Shown: positions 38,644 to 49,430, numbered from the stretch's first letter. The stretch is DNA of 64,000 nucleotides from an uncultured Chloroflexia bacterium (GCA_963766735.1 CAVYBU010000008.1:32001-96000), one strand, 5' to 3'. Program-made: numbers and translations. Notes: a model not told the origin generated them from the sequence alone.

Positions 38644-40185
38644 ATGCACGATCCCCAGTCAGCGCCCCCCGAGGCGCCGCGATGGCAGACGGACGGCCAG
38701 GTGCCCGTCCCGCCTCCCGCACCCGCGAACGTCGGCGAATCGCCGACGGAGCCGTTCATCCCGACCTTCGCCGCCCCGCCGCCCCCCGACCCCGGCGCCT
38801 GGGGCCGGCCCACGTTTGCCCCGCCGGAGCCGGCCGCGCCCGCGCCGAAGGCTCCCGCTCGCCGTTCGGCCGGGGTCGGCATGGTGGTGGCCGCGGTCCT
38901 CGCGACTGCGGTGCTGACCTCCGGTGGAACCTACCTCGCGATGAGTGCCGCCGGTACCGGTGGCACCGCCGCCACCCAGCCGCCCGTGTTCACGCCGACG
39001 GCCGCGGGTCCGGGCACCCAGCCGTCGCCGGCTCCCACAGCCGCGGACCCGGGCGCGCCGGCCACGGCAGCGCCGGCCGCCCCCGTCGCCCCCGCGGGCG
39101 GGTCGGCCTCCATCGTGGACATCGTCAAGGCCGTCAGCCCGGCCGTCGTCACCATCGTGGCGGATGGCGTCACCGAGACAGACCCCATCACGGGCATGTC
39201 CGGCACCGGGACGGCGACCGGCTCCGGCGTCATCTTCGACGCGAGCGGCCTGATCCTCACCAACCGCCACGTCGTCGAGGGCAGTCCGTCCAGGCTGACC
39301 GTCAACCTCAAGGACGGCCGTTCGTTCGACGCGACCATCTACGGGGTTGACACCCTCACGGACCTCGCCATCGTCAAGGTCGACGCGACGGGCCTGCCCA
39401 CCGCTCCGATCGGCGACTCGTCGACGATCCAGGTGGGGCAGCAGGCGATCGCGATCGGCAGCCCCCTGGGCGAGTTCACGGACTCCGTCACGAGCGGGAT
39501 CATCTCGGCCATCGGCCGCAGCATCCCCGTCGCGACCGGGACCCTCTCCAACCTGCTGCAGACCGACACCGCGATCAACCCCGGCAACAGCGGCGGTCCG
39601 CTTCTCGACCCGGCCGGTTCCGTCATCGGCATCAACACCGCCATCGCCAGCTCAGGCCAGGGCATCGGCTTCGCGATCCCGATCAACATCGCCCGCCCGC
39701 TGCTCGCGCAGGCTTCGGCGGGGGAGGCGCTGTCTCGACCGTGGATGGGCATCAGGTTCCAGACGATCACGCCGGCGATCAAGCAGGAGGCCAGCCTCCC
39801 GGTCAACAACGGCGCCTGGATCCCGACTGCCTCGGCGCTCACGGGCCAGGGCTCAACTGGGCAGGATCCGAATGCACCGGTCGATCCGTTCGGCCAGGGC
39901 CAGGACCCGTTCGGCCAGGGCCAGGACCCGTTCGGCCAGGGCCAGATTGGCGGTTCGAGGGCGGCCCAGCCGGCGATCGTCGCGGGTAGCCCCGCCGAGC
40001 AGGCAGGGCTCCAGGCCGGCGACATCATCACGGCCGTCAACGGCACGTCGCTCGACGTGACTCATCCGCTCGACCTCGTCCTGAGCCAGAGCGCGCCCGG
40101 CCAGACCATCACTCTGGACGTGCTCCGGAACGGCCAGACGATCCAGATCCCCCTGACGCTGGGAACACGCCCGGCCACCCTGTAG
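38644..40185 (+). CDS. htrA: Membrane-anchored HtrA/DegP serine protease with PDZ domain
   Basis: GSG, TNRHV, DLA, QTDTAINPGNSGGPL, GIGFAIP; PDZ with GSPA..AGL..GDII. Confidence 0.93.
   Translation: MHDPQSAPPEAPRWQTDGQVPVPPPAPANVGESPTEPFIPTFAAPPPPDPGAWGRPTFAPPEPAAPAPKAPARRSAGVGMVVAAVLATAVLTSGGTYLAMSAAGTGGTAATQPPVFTPTAAGPGTQPSPAPTAADPGAPATAAPAAPVAPAGGSASIVDIVKAVSPAVVTIVADGVTETDPITGMSGTGTATGSGVIFDASGLILTNRHVVEGSPSRLTVNLKDGRSFDATIYGVDTLTDLAIVKVDATGLPTAPIGDSSTIQVGQQAIAIGSPLGEFTDSVTSGIISAIGRSIPVATGTLSNLLQTDTAINPGNSGGPLLDPAGSVIGINTAIASSGQGIGFAIPINIARPLLAQASAGEALSRPWMGIRFQTITPAIKQEASLPVNNGAWIPTASALTGQGSTGQDPNAPVDPFGQGQDPFGQGQDPFGQGQIGGSRAAQPAIVAGSPAEQAGLQAGDIITAVNGTSLDVTHPLDLVLSQSAPGQTITLDVLRNGQTIQIPLTLGTRPATL
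39883..39945 (+). repeat. 21-bp tandem repeat x3 (DPFGQGQ) inside the PDZ domain
   Basis: ga(t/c)ccgttcggccagggccag x3. Confidence 0.9.
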
Positions 40186-40244
40186 GCACGGCCAGCGTGT
40201 CGCCGTCGGCCATCGTGTAGCCGCCGGCCGACCACGCGAACCAG

Positions 40245-40273
40245 AGGCGGGACCGACCACGTCGGTCCCGCCT
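40245..40273. terminator. Hairpin between convergent htrA and SPFH genes
   Basis: aggcgggaccgac-cac-gtcggtcccgcct. Confidence 0.7.
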
Positions 40274-40352
40274 TCGTATGCGCGGTCCTGAGCGACAGCT
40301 ACTCCCCGCGTCGCCCCGCCGGACCATTGATCGGCGGCTGTCGCTGCGCGCG

Positions 40353-41492
40353 TCATCCGGGCGCGTCGGGTCCGGATGCCCGATGCCCAGCGCCCTGGGT
40401 CGCCTGCTGGACCGACCGGGTCAGCAACTCGAAGATCGGGGCGATCTGGTTCAGGAGATGGCCATCCTCGCCGTAGATGGACAGGTTCGTGCCGCGCAGC
40501 ACCCTGGAAGCCGCCTCCACCATCCGGGGCGCCTGTTCGACGGGCAGCAACTCCAGGCGCAGTGCCTGCCGGGCTCGCTCGAGCAGGAGGTCAGCCTCGA
40601 CATCGAACGCCTTGACCTGGTTCTGCAGCTTGCGCAGCTCCAGCTCCTCGCGCAGGATGCCGCTCTCCGTCGTGATCCTGAGCAGGCGGACCGGCGCTTC
40701 CGCGTTCACCCGATCCTGCTCCGCGGCCAGCTGGCTGTGCAGGCGCTCCTGCTCCAGCCCCAGGGCCTGCTGATCGGTGGCCAGGTTCTCTGTCTGCATC
40801 CGACGCTGGCGGGCCAGTTGCGCCAGCTCCATCTCCTCCTGGCGCCGCAGGCTGTCGCGATCGGTGGCCAGCTTCTTCTCCTGGACCCGGCCTTCCGATG
40901 CCAGCTCTGCGAGGCGGATCTCCTCCTGCGACCGGATGCTGGACTGGTCGCTCTTGAGCTTGATCTCGTTGCGGACCTCGGCCTCCAGCTGCTGGCGCAG
41001 CTCGGGGTCAACGATGAAGACCTGCGCGACCCGCGCGACCTCGACCTCGATGCCCCAATCGTTGGTCTGCGCATCCTCGCCGTGGACCGTTGCGTGCAGC
41101 GCGGTCTCCACGACCCCGCTCAGGGTCGTCTTGCGCTGTTCGATGCACTCGGCCATGGTCATGTGGGAGACCGCATGACGCAGCTCCCCCAGGCAGATGT
41201 GGGTGAGCAGCGTGCTGATCCGCTCCGCGCCGCCACGGGAGCTGAAGTCGAACATGCGGGCTGCCGCGACGGGGTCGGTGATCCGGTAGATGACGATCCC
41301 CTTGAACCGCAGGGGAATGCCGTCCTTGGTCTCCTGGGTGAACTCGAAGGCTGCTTCCTGCTTGGTGCTGGGCACGAGCACGAAGATGGTTCCCGGGCGC
41401 AGGAAGGCCGAGACTGCCGAGCCCCGGTTCTCCAGCGTCCCCTTGCGGCCAACCAGCAGGTACTGGTTCGGACCTGCCTTGACAGACGGCAT
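40353..41492 (-). CDS. SPFH/Band-7 (flotillin-like) protein with coiled-coil tail
   Basis: ETKDGIPL...IYRITDP..AA..FDF, WGIEV, E/R/Q-rich heptads. Confidence 0.8.
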   Translation of the reverse strand: MPSVKAGPNQYLLVGRKGTLENRGSAVSAFLRPGTIFVLVPSTKQEAAFEFTQETKDGIPLRFKGIVIYRITDPVAAARMFDFSSRGGAERISTLLTHICLGELRHAVSHMTMAECIEQRKTTLSGVVETALHATVHGEDAQTNDWGIEVEVARVAQVFIVDPELRQQLEAEVRNEIKLKSDQSSIRSQEEIRLAELASEGRVQEKKLATDRDSLRRQEEMELAQLARQRRMQTENLATDQQALGLEQERLHSQLAAEQDRVNAEAPVRLLRITTESGILREELELRKLQNQVKAFDVEADLLLERARQALRLELLPVEQAPRMVEAASRVLRGTNLSIYGEDGHLLNQIAPIFELLTRSVQQATQGAGHRASGPDAPG

Positions 41493-42108
41493 GAGTGGCA
41501 CTCCCCACTAGGTCTGGTGGACGCCGACGTGGCTGCTCCGCGGGTGGCCCAGGTCACCGGGCCGCTGGCGGAGATCCCCCGGTGCGGTCGGGGAGAGGTG
41601 ATCGAGCGGGCCGTCACCCCGGGCTCGGCCATGCAGAGTGCCCTTGCGGGTCCCGGGGCTGCCTGGTCGTCGCACGGTGGAAGCGAACCACCAGACGTCA
41701 TGTCCGCCTATAGAACGAAAGTCCTGCCCGCCCCTCGGTGGCGCCCGGGGCCCGATGGAGGCCTTCTGGGCCGTCCCGGCACGCGTCGATCCGCGCCAAG
41801 TCCATCGAGCGGCTGGGGGCGTGAGCGCGACCGACGTGAGCAGGCGCTACAACAGGCGCGGCAACGGGCGCAGGCGCCGCTGTGGGCCTGACACGCCTCA
41901 TCGGGACCTCTGCACGCCCACTCCGGCCCGTCTCCGGTGCGACCTCCGCGCAGGGGGACCTCCTGCTGCGCGCCTCGCGGCTTCCGATCCTCATGCAACT
42001 CTCATGTTCGTCACCGAAGATCTGATCTTCCGACCGCGTCCACTGTGAGGGTGTCGACCGCTCGGAGAACCCCCAGCACAGCCCGGGCCCACGGGCGCAG
42101 GAGGTCTG

Positions 42109-43146
42109 ATGACCGACTCCACCCGTGGTTCGCACGCGCCCCTCGCGCCTCTTGCGACCCCCGATCCGATCGATCCCCGCGCCACCGCGGAGGCGGTGCT
42201 GTTCGAGATTCGCCGCGTCATCGTCGGGCAGGACGAGATGCTCGAGCGGGTCCTCGTCGCGCTTCTGGCCGGCGGTCACCTGCTCCTTGAGGGCGTGCCC
42301 GGTCTCGCCAAGACGTTGACCATCCGCACGCTGGCGGATGCCCTGGACGCCTCCTTCCGGCGGATCCAGTTCACGCCGGACCTCGTGCCCGGCGACCTGG
42401 TCGGCACCCGCATCTACCGGCCCGACTCCGGCACGTTCGACACCGAGCTGGGCCCAGTGTTCTGCAACTTCCTCCTCGCCGACGAGATCAACCGCGCCCC
42501 GGCCAAGGTCCAGTCGGCGCTGCTCGAGGTGATGCAGGAGCGCCAGGTGACGATCGGCTCGGAGAGCCACGCCGTCCCGCGCCCGTTCCTCGTCATGGCG
42601 ACCCAGAACCCCATCGAGTCCGAGGGCACCTACCCGCTCCCCGAGGCGCAGGTCGACCGATTCCTGATGAAGGTCGTCGTCGGGTATCCCACGCCAACCG
42701 AGGAGGCCACGGTCGTGGAGCGCTCGCTGCGCCCGGCCGCGGAGATCCGTCCCGTGCTGACCGCCGACGGGCTGGCCCAGCTCCAGGCCGCGACCCCGGG
42801 GGTGTACGTCGATCCGGCGCTCGTCGCCTACGCGGTGGCGATCGTGACGGCGACCCGTGAGCCCGAGCGGTTCGGCCTGCCGGAGCTCAAGCCGTATATC
42901 AGCTTCGGTGCCAGCCCTCGCGGCTCCATAAGCCTGGTCCACGCGGCACGGGCCCTCGCGCTGATCCGGGGTCGCCGGTACGTGGTCCCCGCGGACATCG
43001 CCGACCTCGCGCGCGACGTCCTGCGTCATCGCATCGTGCCGAGCTTCACCGCCCTCGCCGAGGAGGTCACGCCCGACCGCCTGCTCGACGCGATCATCCC
43101 CGCCGTCCCCGCGCCACGCTTGGTCACGGAGGCACGCTCGGCGTGA
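42109..43146 (+). CDS. moxR: MoxR-family AAA+ ATPase
   Basis: HLLLEGVPGLAKT, RIQFTPDL, DEINRA, ATQNPIE.EGTYPLPEAQ.DRF. Confidence 0.95.
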   Translation: MTDSTRGSHAPLAPLATPDPIDPRATAEAVLFEIRRVIVGQDEMLERVLVALLAGGHLLLEGVPGLAKTLTIRTLADALDASFRRIQFTPDLVPGDLVGTRIYRPDSGTFDTELGPVFCNFLLADEINRAPAKVQSALLEVMQERQVTIGSESHAVPRPFLVMATQNPIESEGTYPLPEAQVDRFLMKVVVGYPTPTEEATVVERSLRPAAEIRPVLTADGLAQLQAATPGVYVDPALVAYAVAIVTATREPERFGLPELKPYISFGASPRGSISLVHAARALALIRGRRYVVPADIADLARDVLRHRIVPSFTALAEEVTPDRLLDAIIPAVPAPRLVTEARSA

Positions 43147-44112
43147 GCGCCATCTCCCTTTCGACGGCCCTGCGAACCCCCGCCCGGCCGGGACCGGGCC
43201 CAACGCCAGAGGCACTGCTCCGGGCGCTCGACGTCACGATCGGGCGCCGGATCCGCGGGCTCGTCCCGGGCGAGTTCCGGGCAAACGAGCTGGGTGGTGG
43301 CACTGAGCTCGCGCAGGTGCGGCCGTACGAGCCCGGCGACGACGTCCGCCGCATCGACTGGAACGTGACCGCCCGGATGCTGGCGCCCCATGTCCGCGTC
43401 CACGTCCCGGAGCGCTCGCTGACGACCTGGCTGGTGCTGGACGAGTCGCCGTCGATGACCTTCGGGACCGCTGACCGCCGCAAGGCCGACGTGGCGGAGG
43501 GTGTGGCGCTCGCGCTCGGACATCTCTCCACGCAGCGCGGCAATCGGCTGGGCGTGCTCACGTTCGGGGGCCCGGACGACGCGCCGCGTCCCGCCCCGGG
43601 GCGGACGGGCGGGCCTGATGGCGGTGCTGGGCACGCGCCCGGCCGACGACGGAGGCGAGGCCGCCGTGCCTTCGCCAGCCTCCGTCGCGTCACCGGACGC
43701 GGACCCGCGATCGCCGGCGGCGGCGCTGCGGTTCCTGGGCGGCGGCTCGACGCGGGGCGGCCTCGTCGCCGTTGTGTCGGACTTCCGCGGCCCGCGGGGC
43801 TGGCTGCCGCTGCTCGCGGCTGTCGCGGCCCGGCACCAGCTGCTCGCGGTCGAGATTCGCGATCCCCGCGAGGACGACCTCCCCGACGTCGGCGACCTGA
43901 CGCTGGTCGATGCGGAGACCGGTCGCGAGGTGCGGGTCGACACGTCGTCCCGGCGCCTGCGGCAGCGGTTCGCGGAGGCAGCCGCGGAGGAGCGCGCCGC
44001 CCTGGCCCTCGAGCTCCGACGCCTCGGCGCCCGGCACATCGTCCTGTCCACATCCGGTGAATGGCTCCGGTCGCTCGCCGTCCAGCTCAAGAACCAGGGA
44101 ACCGTGGCATGA
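43143..44112 (+). CDS. DUF58 protein; frameshift near 43580
   Basis: R.YEPGDDVRRIDWNVTAR, D.S.SM.FG; C-terminal SDF, DPRE..LP.VG, DAETG in ORF 43501..44112. Confidence 0.85.
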
Positions 44113-45146
44113 CCTTCTCGTCCCCCGAGCTCCTGCTCGCCCTCCTGCTCGTCCCGGCCGCCCTCGTCGTCTACCTGCTGATCCAGCGCCGCCGCACGCG
44201 CTACGTCGTCCGGTTCACCAACGTCGCCCTGCTGGAGAACCTCGTCCCGCGGCGGCCGGCGTGGCGGCGCCACGTGCCCACCGCCCTGTACCTGGTCGCG
44301 ATCGCGGCCCTGGGAGTCGCCCTTGCCCGCCCGTCCGTGACGCTCGCCGTTCCACGCGAGGAGGCGACGGTCATGCTCGCGATGGACACGTCGCGCTCGA
44401 TGCTCGCCACCGACGTCGCGCCCGACCGCCTGATCGCCGCCAAGGCGTCAGCGTCGTCGTTCATCGACGGCCTGCCGGCCACCTTCCGGGTGGGGCTCGT
44501 GGCCTTCTCGACCGATGCCCGGCTCGTCGTCGCGCCGACCACCGACCGGGACCAGCTCCTGGCCGCGCTGAACGGCCTCCGCGCCGACGGCGGGACGGCG
44601 CTGGGCGATGCGATCGTCCTGTCGGTCGATGCGGCCGACCTGGCCAACGGGACGACGAGTCGCCCGGCCGCTGCGCCGCTCGCGCCGGCCCCGTCGCCCG
44701 ACGCGTCCACGTCCCCGGACGACGGCAGTGATGGCGGCGCGCCGCTCGTCGCCACGGTCCTGCTCAGCGACGGCAAGAGCTCGACCGGGCTGCTCGAACC
44801 GCTCGACGCGGCCACGGAGGCGGCGGCCCGGGGCGTCCCCGTCTACACGATTGCGCTGGGGACGGCTTCAGGGACCGTGGAGGTCCAGGACAACCTTGGC
44901 CGCACCGAGACGATCAAGGTCCCGCCCGACACGGCGACCCTCCGGTCGATCGCCGAGACCACCGGGGCGCGGTTCTTCGAGGCGCCGACATCGGAGGATC
45001 TCGCGGCGATCTACCAGGGCCTTGGGTCGCGCGTCGGCTTCACGACGGAGGAGCAGGAGGTGACGCAGTGGTTCGCCGCCGGCGCGCTCCTCATGGTGAT
45101 GGCCGGCGCGGGGCTTGCCGCCTTCTGGTTCAACCGGATCCCCTGA
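44109..45146 (+). CDS. vWA-domain (BatA-like) membrane protein
   Basis: N-terminal TMs, DTSRSM MIDAS, GTALGDAI, LLSDG, VYTI.LG. Confidence 0.9.
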   Translation: MTFSSPELLLALLLVPAALVVYLLIQRRRTRYVVRFTNVALLENLVPRRPAWRRHVPTALYLVAIAALGVALARPSVTLAVPREEATVMLAMDTSRSMLATDVAPDRLIAAKASASSFIDGLPATFRVGLVAFSTDARLVVAPTTDRDQLLAALNGLRADGGTALGDAIVLSVDAADLANGTTSRPAAAPLAPAPSPDASTSPDDGSDGGAPLVATVLLSDGKSSTGLLEPLDAATEAAARGVPVYTIALGTASGTVEVQDNLGRTETIKVPPDTATLRSIAETTGARFFEAPTSEDLAAIYQGLGSRVGFTTEEQEVTQWFAAGALLMVMAGAGLAAFWFNRIP

Positions 45147-45328
45147 CCGGGCCCAACGGATCGCGCGAGGCATCGGTGGCGGCTCGCACGGCACTCCGCC
45201 CGCACCCCTGCCCGGGCCTCGCCCACCCGCGCCCTGCGGCCGTGCCGGTCGCCCCGACCCGGACTCTCGGCGCGCTGCCTCAACGCGCCGACCCGGCCGG
45301 CCAGGGTCTCCCACCCTAGACTCACCTC

Positions 45329-46093
45329 GTGGACATCACCCCGATCGAGATCCTGGCCCTGGTGGCGGCCGGGTTCGTCGGCGGGATCGTCAGCGTGCTG
45401 GTCAGCCTGGCGTCTCTGGTGACCTATCCGGCGCTGCTCGCGGTCGGCCTGCCGCCGGTGGCGGCGAACGTCACCAACACCGTGGCCCTGACCTTCAACA
45501 GCATCGGGGCGACGCTCGGCGCGCGACCGGAGCTGGAGGGACAGCGGCCCACCCTGCGCAAGCTCGCCATCCTGGCGGCGGCGGGCGGGGCTACCGGCGC
45601 CGCGCTGCTCCTGATCCTGCCAGACCGGTGGTTCGAGCTGGTGGCGCCGATCCTCATCGCCGGGGCCTCGCTCATGGTCATGGTGCAGCCGCAGCTCCAG
45701 CGACGTGAGAGGTTCCAGCCCCGGGGCATCACTCCTGTCACGGCGGCTGCCTATTTCAGTACGGCGATCTACATCGGGTATTTCGGTGCGGCTGGCGGGA
45801 TCCTGGCGATCGTTGCCCTCAGCAGCATCATTGCCCGACCGCTGATCGACGTGAACGCGGCCAAGGCCGTGCTGTCGGGGGTCGCGAACGGCGCAGCGGC
45901 GATCGGGTTCGCGCTGTTCGGGCCCGTGGAATGGGCCTTCGTGGTGCCGCTGGCCGTCGGCCTGTTCTTCGGCGGGCTCGCGGGTCCGTGGCTCGCGAGG
46001 CGGCTCCCGCCACGGCTTTTCCGAGCGCTGATCGGCGTGTGCGGCCTGGGCGTCGCGACCGCCCTCGCGTGGCAGACATATGGGAGTGTCTGA
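45329..46093 (+). CDS. Sulfite exporter TauE/SafE family
   Basis: [24 protein letters not shown]. Confidence 0.85.
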   Translation: MDITPIEILALVAAGFVGGIVSVLVSLASLVTYPALLAVGLPPVAANVTNTVALTFNSIGATLGARPELEGQRPTLRKLAILAAAGGATGAALLLILPDRWFELVAPILIAGASLMVMVQPQLQRRERFQPRGITPVTAAAYFSTAIYIGYFGAAGGILAIVALSSIIARPLIDVNAAKAVLSGVANGAAAIGFALFGPVEWAFVVPLAVGLFFGGLAGPWLARRLPPRLFRALIGVCGLGVATALAWQTYGSV

Positions 46094-46096
46094 GCG

Positions 46097-47005
46097 ATGA
46101 CGTCAACCCGGCCCGGGACGGGGATCGTGTCGGCGGCGTGGGCGGTCGTCCTCGCCGTGTCCCTCCTGCCGATCGTCATCGTCCAGGAGGTGTTCGGCAG
46201 GCAGGTGTCCGCGGACATGCGGGCCGTCGTCTCGGTCATCGTGATCGCGATCGGCCTCCTGGCGACCGTTGCCTGGCGACCATCGCGGGCGCTCCGCCCG
46301 CTCCTGTGGCTCTTCCTCGTGCTGGTCGTCGCCCAGTGGGTCGTCTTCACGCAGGTGGACCGCCTGCCGGTCTTCTCGACCCGCCTCGACGACCCCTCGT
46401 TCGGGGTCTACATGCTCGCCGAACAGACCCTGAACCTCATCGTGACGCTGGCGATGATCGCCGTCCTGTTCGGGGTGCACCGGGATCGCCGGGCCTTCTA
46501 CCTCGCGAAGGGCGACACATCCGCGCCGGCAGAGCCCGTTCGCTGGCTGGGCGTGAAGCCGGGCGCCAGGTGGAAGACCGTCGGTCGCGATCTCAGCGTG
46601 TTCATCACCCTGGGCACGCTGGCCTTCCTGGTCATCTCCGGGCAACTCACGGTCGACCTGATGATGCGCGCGGTGCCCCTGCTGCCGGTGGTCTTCCTCG
46701 CCGCCGCCCTCAACGCCTTCAACGAGGAGGTGACGTACAAGGCCTCATTCCTGTCGGTGCTGGTGGGGCCCGTGGGCTCGAGACACGCTCTGCGGATGGT
46801 CGCGGCCTACTTCGGGCTCGCCCACTTCTACGGGATCCCGTACGGCATCGTGGGCGTGGTGCTGGCCTGGTTCCTGGGCTGGATCCTGGCGAGGTCGATG
46901 CTGGAGACGCGCGGCATCGCGTGGGCGTGGTTCATCCACTTCGTGCAGGACGTGGTCATCTTCACGTTCCTTGCGGTCGGCGCGATCAACCCCGGCGGCG
47001 CCTGA
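46097..47005 (+). CDS. CPBP (Abi/CAAX) intramembrane protease
   Basis: EEVTYK, FGLAH, IHF..D; multiple TM helices. Confidence 0.8.
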   Translation: MTSTRPGTGIVSAAWAVVLAVSLLPIVIVQEVFGRQVSADMRAVVSVIVIAIGLLATVAWRPSRALRPLLWLFLVLVVAQWVVFTQVDRLPVFSTRLDDPSFGVYMLAEQTLNLIVTLAMIAVLFGVHRDRRAFYLAKGDTSAPAEPVRWLGVKPGARWKTVGRDLSVFITLGTLAFLVISGQLTVDLMMRAVPLLPVVFLAAALNAFNEEVTYKASFLSVLVGPVGSRHALRMVAAYFGLAHFYGIPYGIVGVVLAWFLGWILARSMLETRGIAWAWFIHFVQDVVIFTFLAVGAINPGGA

Positions 47006-47045
47006 GCGGGCCGGCCGAGCTGGCCCCTCAGTCCGGGAACCCCGG

Positions 47046-47237
47046 TCAGCTCTCCGTCGGCCGCCGTCGCTCGATCACCAGGATGAGCACCGCCACGACG
47101 AGCAGGACGACGCCGACCACGGCCCAGAACGCGCTGCCGGTCATGACACTGCCGCCGATGATGCCCAGCCCCTGTCCGATCCAGACCAGGCCGACGAGCG
47201 CGAACAGGGCGGCGAGCACGAGGCGGGACGGGCGCAT
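47046..47237 (-). CDS. Small two-TM membrane protein
   Basis: AAGGAGG RBS; G.VW..QG.G...GS.MTG...W pattern. Confidence 0.75.
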   Translation of the reverse strand: MRPSRLVLAALFALVGLVWIGQGLGIIGGSVMTGSAFWAVVGVVLLVVAVLILVIERRRPTES

Positions 47238-47364
47238 GGCGGCCTCCTTGGCGGCGATCAGGGCCGTGGCGAGCTTCGCGAGACCGTACACCCGCCATTG
47301 CTGGCCTGCCGGGGCGCCGCCGCCGGCCTGCCGGGGCGCCGGGGCTGTGGCACGATCGGTTCTG

Positions 47365-47679
47365 ATGTCCGGAGCACGCACCGCCGCCAACCCCACCACC
47401 ACCCTCGAGGACGTGACCCGCGAGCGCGCGGTCGTGGCGCCACGCTGGATCGTGATCGTCTGGAACGACCCGATCAACCTGATGACCTACGTCACGTACG
47501 TCTTCCGCAAGCTCTTCGGCTACAGCCAGGCGCATGCCCATGAGCTGATGCTCAAGGTTCACCACGACGGTCGTGCGGTGGTCTCCGGCGGTACCCAGGA
47601 GAGGTGCGAGCATGACGTCGCCCGCCTCCACGCCCACGGCCTGTGGGCGACCATGCAGCCCGACGGAGCTGGCTCGTGA
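47365..47679 (+). CDS. clpS: ATP-dependent Clp protease adaptor ClpS (actinobacterial type)
   Basis: [29 protein letters not shown]. Confidence 0.92.
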   Translation: MSGARTAANPTTTLEDVTRERAVVAPRWIVIVWNDPINLMTYVTYVFRKLFGYSQAHAHELMLKVHHDGRAVVSGGTQERCEHDVARLHAHGLWATMQPDGAGS

Positions 47680-48296
47680 CCGAGCCTCGCCCGCGGGTGG
47701 TCCGCACGGACGATGGACGGATCCTGCTGCGCCTGGGCGCGCAGGAGCGGGCGATCGTCACCGGGCTGGTTGGGGAGCTGCGCGGGTCGGTCGCGGCGCC
47801 CATCGAGGACGGCGGAGCGGCCGTTGCGGACGGCGGAGCGCCCGTTGCGGACCCCGGGGCACCGGCGCTGCCCGCAGCGCCCCCCACGGACCCGACAGCC
47901 CCGAGACCGGTCTTCGACCGCCTCTATCCGCCCGCGTTCCCCGACGATCCCGCCGCGGAGGCCGCATTCCGTGACCTCGTCCGTGCCGATCTCGAGGACG
48001 GGCGACGGGACCGCCTGGCGCTGGTGGAAGCGACGCTCGATGCGAGGTCACTCGACGATGCCCAGGCGGCGGCGTGGACCGGCGTGCTCAACGACCTCCG
48101 CCTCGTGCTCGGCACGCAGCTCGGCGTGACCGACGATACCGAGGCAATGCCCATCGACGAGGATGATCCGGACGCCGAACGGCGGATCATCTTCGCCTAC
48201 CTCGGCTGGCTGCTGGGGCAGTTCGTGGACGTCCTTGAGACGGCCCTGCCGGATACCATCGAGCCGGGTGAGACACAGGGAGGTCAGCGTCGATGA
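47676..48296 (+). CDS. DUF2017 (AosR/Rv1332-like) protein
   Basis: RLYP.A..DD, AW...[14 protein letters not shown]; coupled to clpS; 21-bp duplication 47808-47849. Confidence 0.85.
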   Translation: MTEPRPRVVRTDDGRILLRLGAQERAIVTGLVGELRGSVAAPIEDGGAAVADGGAPVADPGAPALPAAPPTDPTAPRPVFDRLYPPAFPDDPAAEAAFRDLVRADLEDGRRDRLALVEATLDARSLDDAQAAAWTGVLNDLRLVLGTQLGVTDDTEAMPIDEDDPDAERRIIFAYLGWLLGQFVDVLETALPDTIEPGETQGGQRR

Positions 48297-49330
48297 GCAT
48301 GCGGAGCGAGCTCGGCGAGAGCCCCGACGTCGTCGCGCGTCTGCTGGACCGCGCCGCGGGCTCGATCGCGGACGTGGCCCGAGTGGTCCGGGAGCGGGAC
48401 GTCGACCTCGTCCTGATCGCCGCCCGTGGGACGTCCGACCACGCCGCGCTCTACGCGCAGTACGTCCTGGGCGCCGTCAACGGTCTCCCGGTGGCGCTGG
48501 CCATTCCCTCGCTCACGTCGGTGTACGGCCGCCCGCCCCGTGTGAGGAACGCGCTCGTCATCGGCATCTCGCAGTCCGGGCGCTCACCGGACGTCGTGGC
48601 CGTGCTCGGTGACGCGCGCCGGCAGGGTGCGGTGACCGTTGCCCTGACGAACGACCCGTCATCGGAGCTCGCCGGCGCGGCCGAGCACGTGGTGGAGCTG
48701 GGTGCCGGACCGGAGCGGGCCGTGGCCGCAACGAAGACCTACGTGGCGGAGGTTGCGCTGCTGGCGATGCTCTCGGCCGCGATCTCGGGCGACGATGCCT
48801 TGACCTCCGAGATCCGGGCGCTGCCGACCGTCATGCGTGCCGCACTGGCGGCCGAGGTCGAGGACGCCGTCGAGACCATCGCGGACCACTGGGCGAGCGA
48901 GGACCGGTGCGCGGTCGTCGCCCGCGGTTTCCAGTACGCGACGGCCCGCGAGTGGGCGCTCAAGCTGAAGGAATTGGCCTACGTCCTGGCGGATCCGTAC
49001 TCCGGCGCGGACTTCGAGCACGGTCCGATCGCCCTGGTCGAGCCCGGCTTTCCCGTGATCTCGGTTGCCACTGCGGGGCCGCTCCTCGCGGACATGCATG
49101 CGCTGCTCGGGCGACTGGGTGCAGCGGGAGCCCGCCTACTCGTCCTGTCCGACGACGCCTCGCTTCGTGCGCTGGGCGACGGGATCCCGGTGCCGGCGGG
49201 GGTCCCGGAGTGGCTCTCTCCGATCGTGTCGATCCTGCCCGCGCAGCTGTTCGCCTATCACCTGGCGCGGGCTCGCGGGCTGGACACCGAGGCGCCGCGG
49301 ACGATCTCCAAGGTCACGCTCACGCGCTGA
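48293..49330 (+). CDS. Double-SIS domain protein (GlmS C-terminal-like; isomerising glucosamine-6-P deaminase type)
   Basis: ARGTS, ISQSG.S, VAATKTY, E.ALKLKE, HGP, PR.ISKVT.T; no glutaminase domain. Confidence 0.88.
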   Translation: MSMRSELGESPDVVARLLDRAAGSIADVARVVRERDVDLVLIAARGTSDHAALYAQYVLGAVNGLPVALAIPSLTSVYGRPPRVRNALVIGISQSGRSPDVVAVLGDARRQGAVTVALTNDPSSELAGAAEHVVELGAGPERAVAATKTYVAEVALLAMLSAAISGDDALTSEIRALPTVMRAALAAEVEDAVETIADHWASEDRCAVVARGFQYATAREWALKLKELAYVLADPYSGADFEHGPIALVEPGFPVISVATAGPLLADMHALLGRLGAAGARLLVLSDDASLRALGDGIPVPAGVPEWLSPIVSILPAQLFAYHLARARGLDTEAPRTISKVTLTR

Positions 49331-49430
49331 TCGGCCCGGCGCCGCGACGGCGTCACGCTTGCGGGTCTACGATCGATGTCGCACGCAGGGGCTGCCGGCG
49401 GGCCCGGGGCGCGATGATCGGAGAGCACGG

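Noticed and set aside
40353-45146. SPFH + MoxR + vWA as an anti-phage defence system
   Set aside because: MoxR-DUF58-vWA is the common housekeeping arrangement, SPFH is divergently transcribed, and no nuclease or effector domain is present
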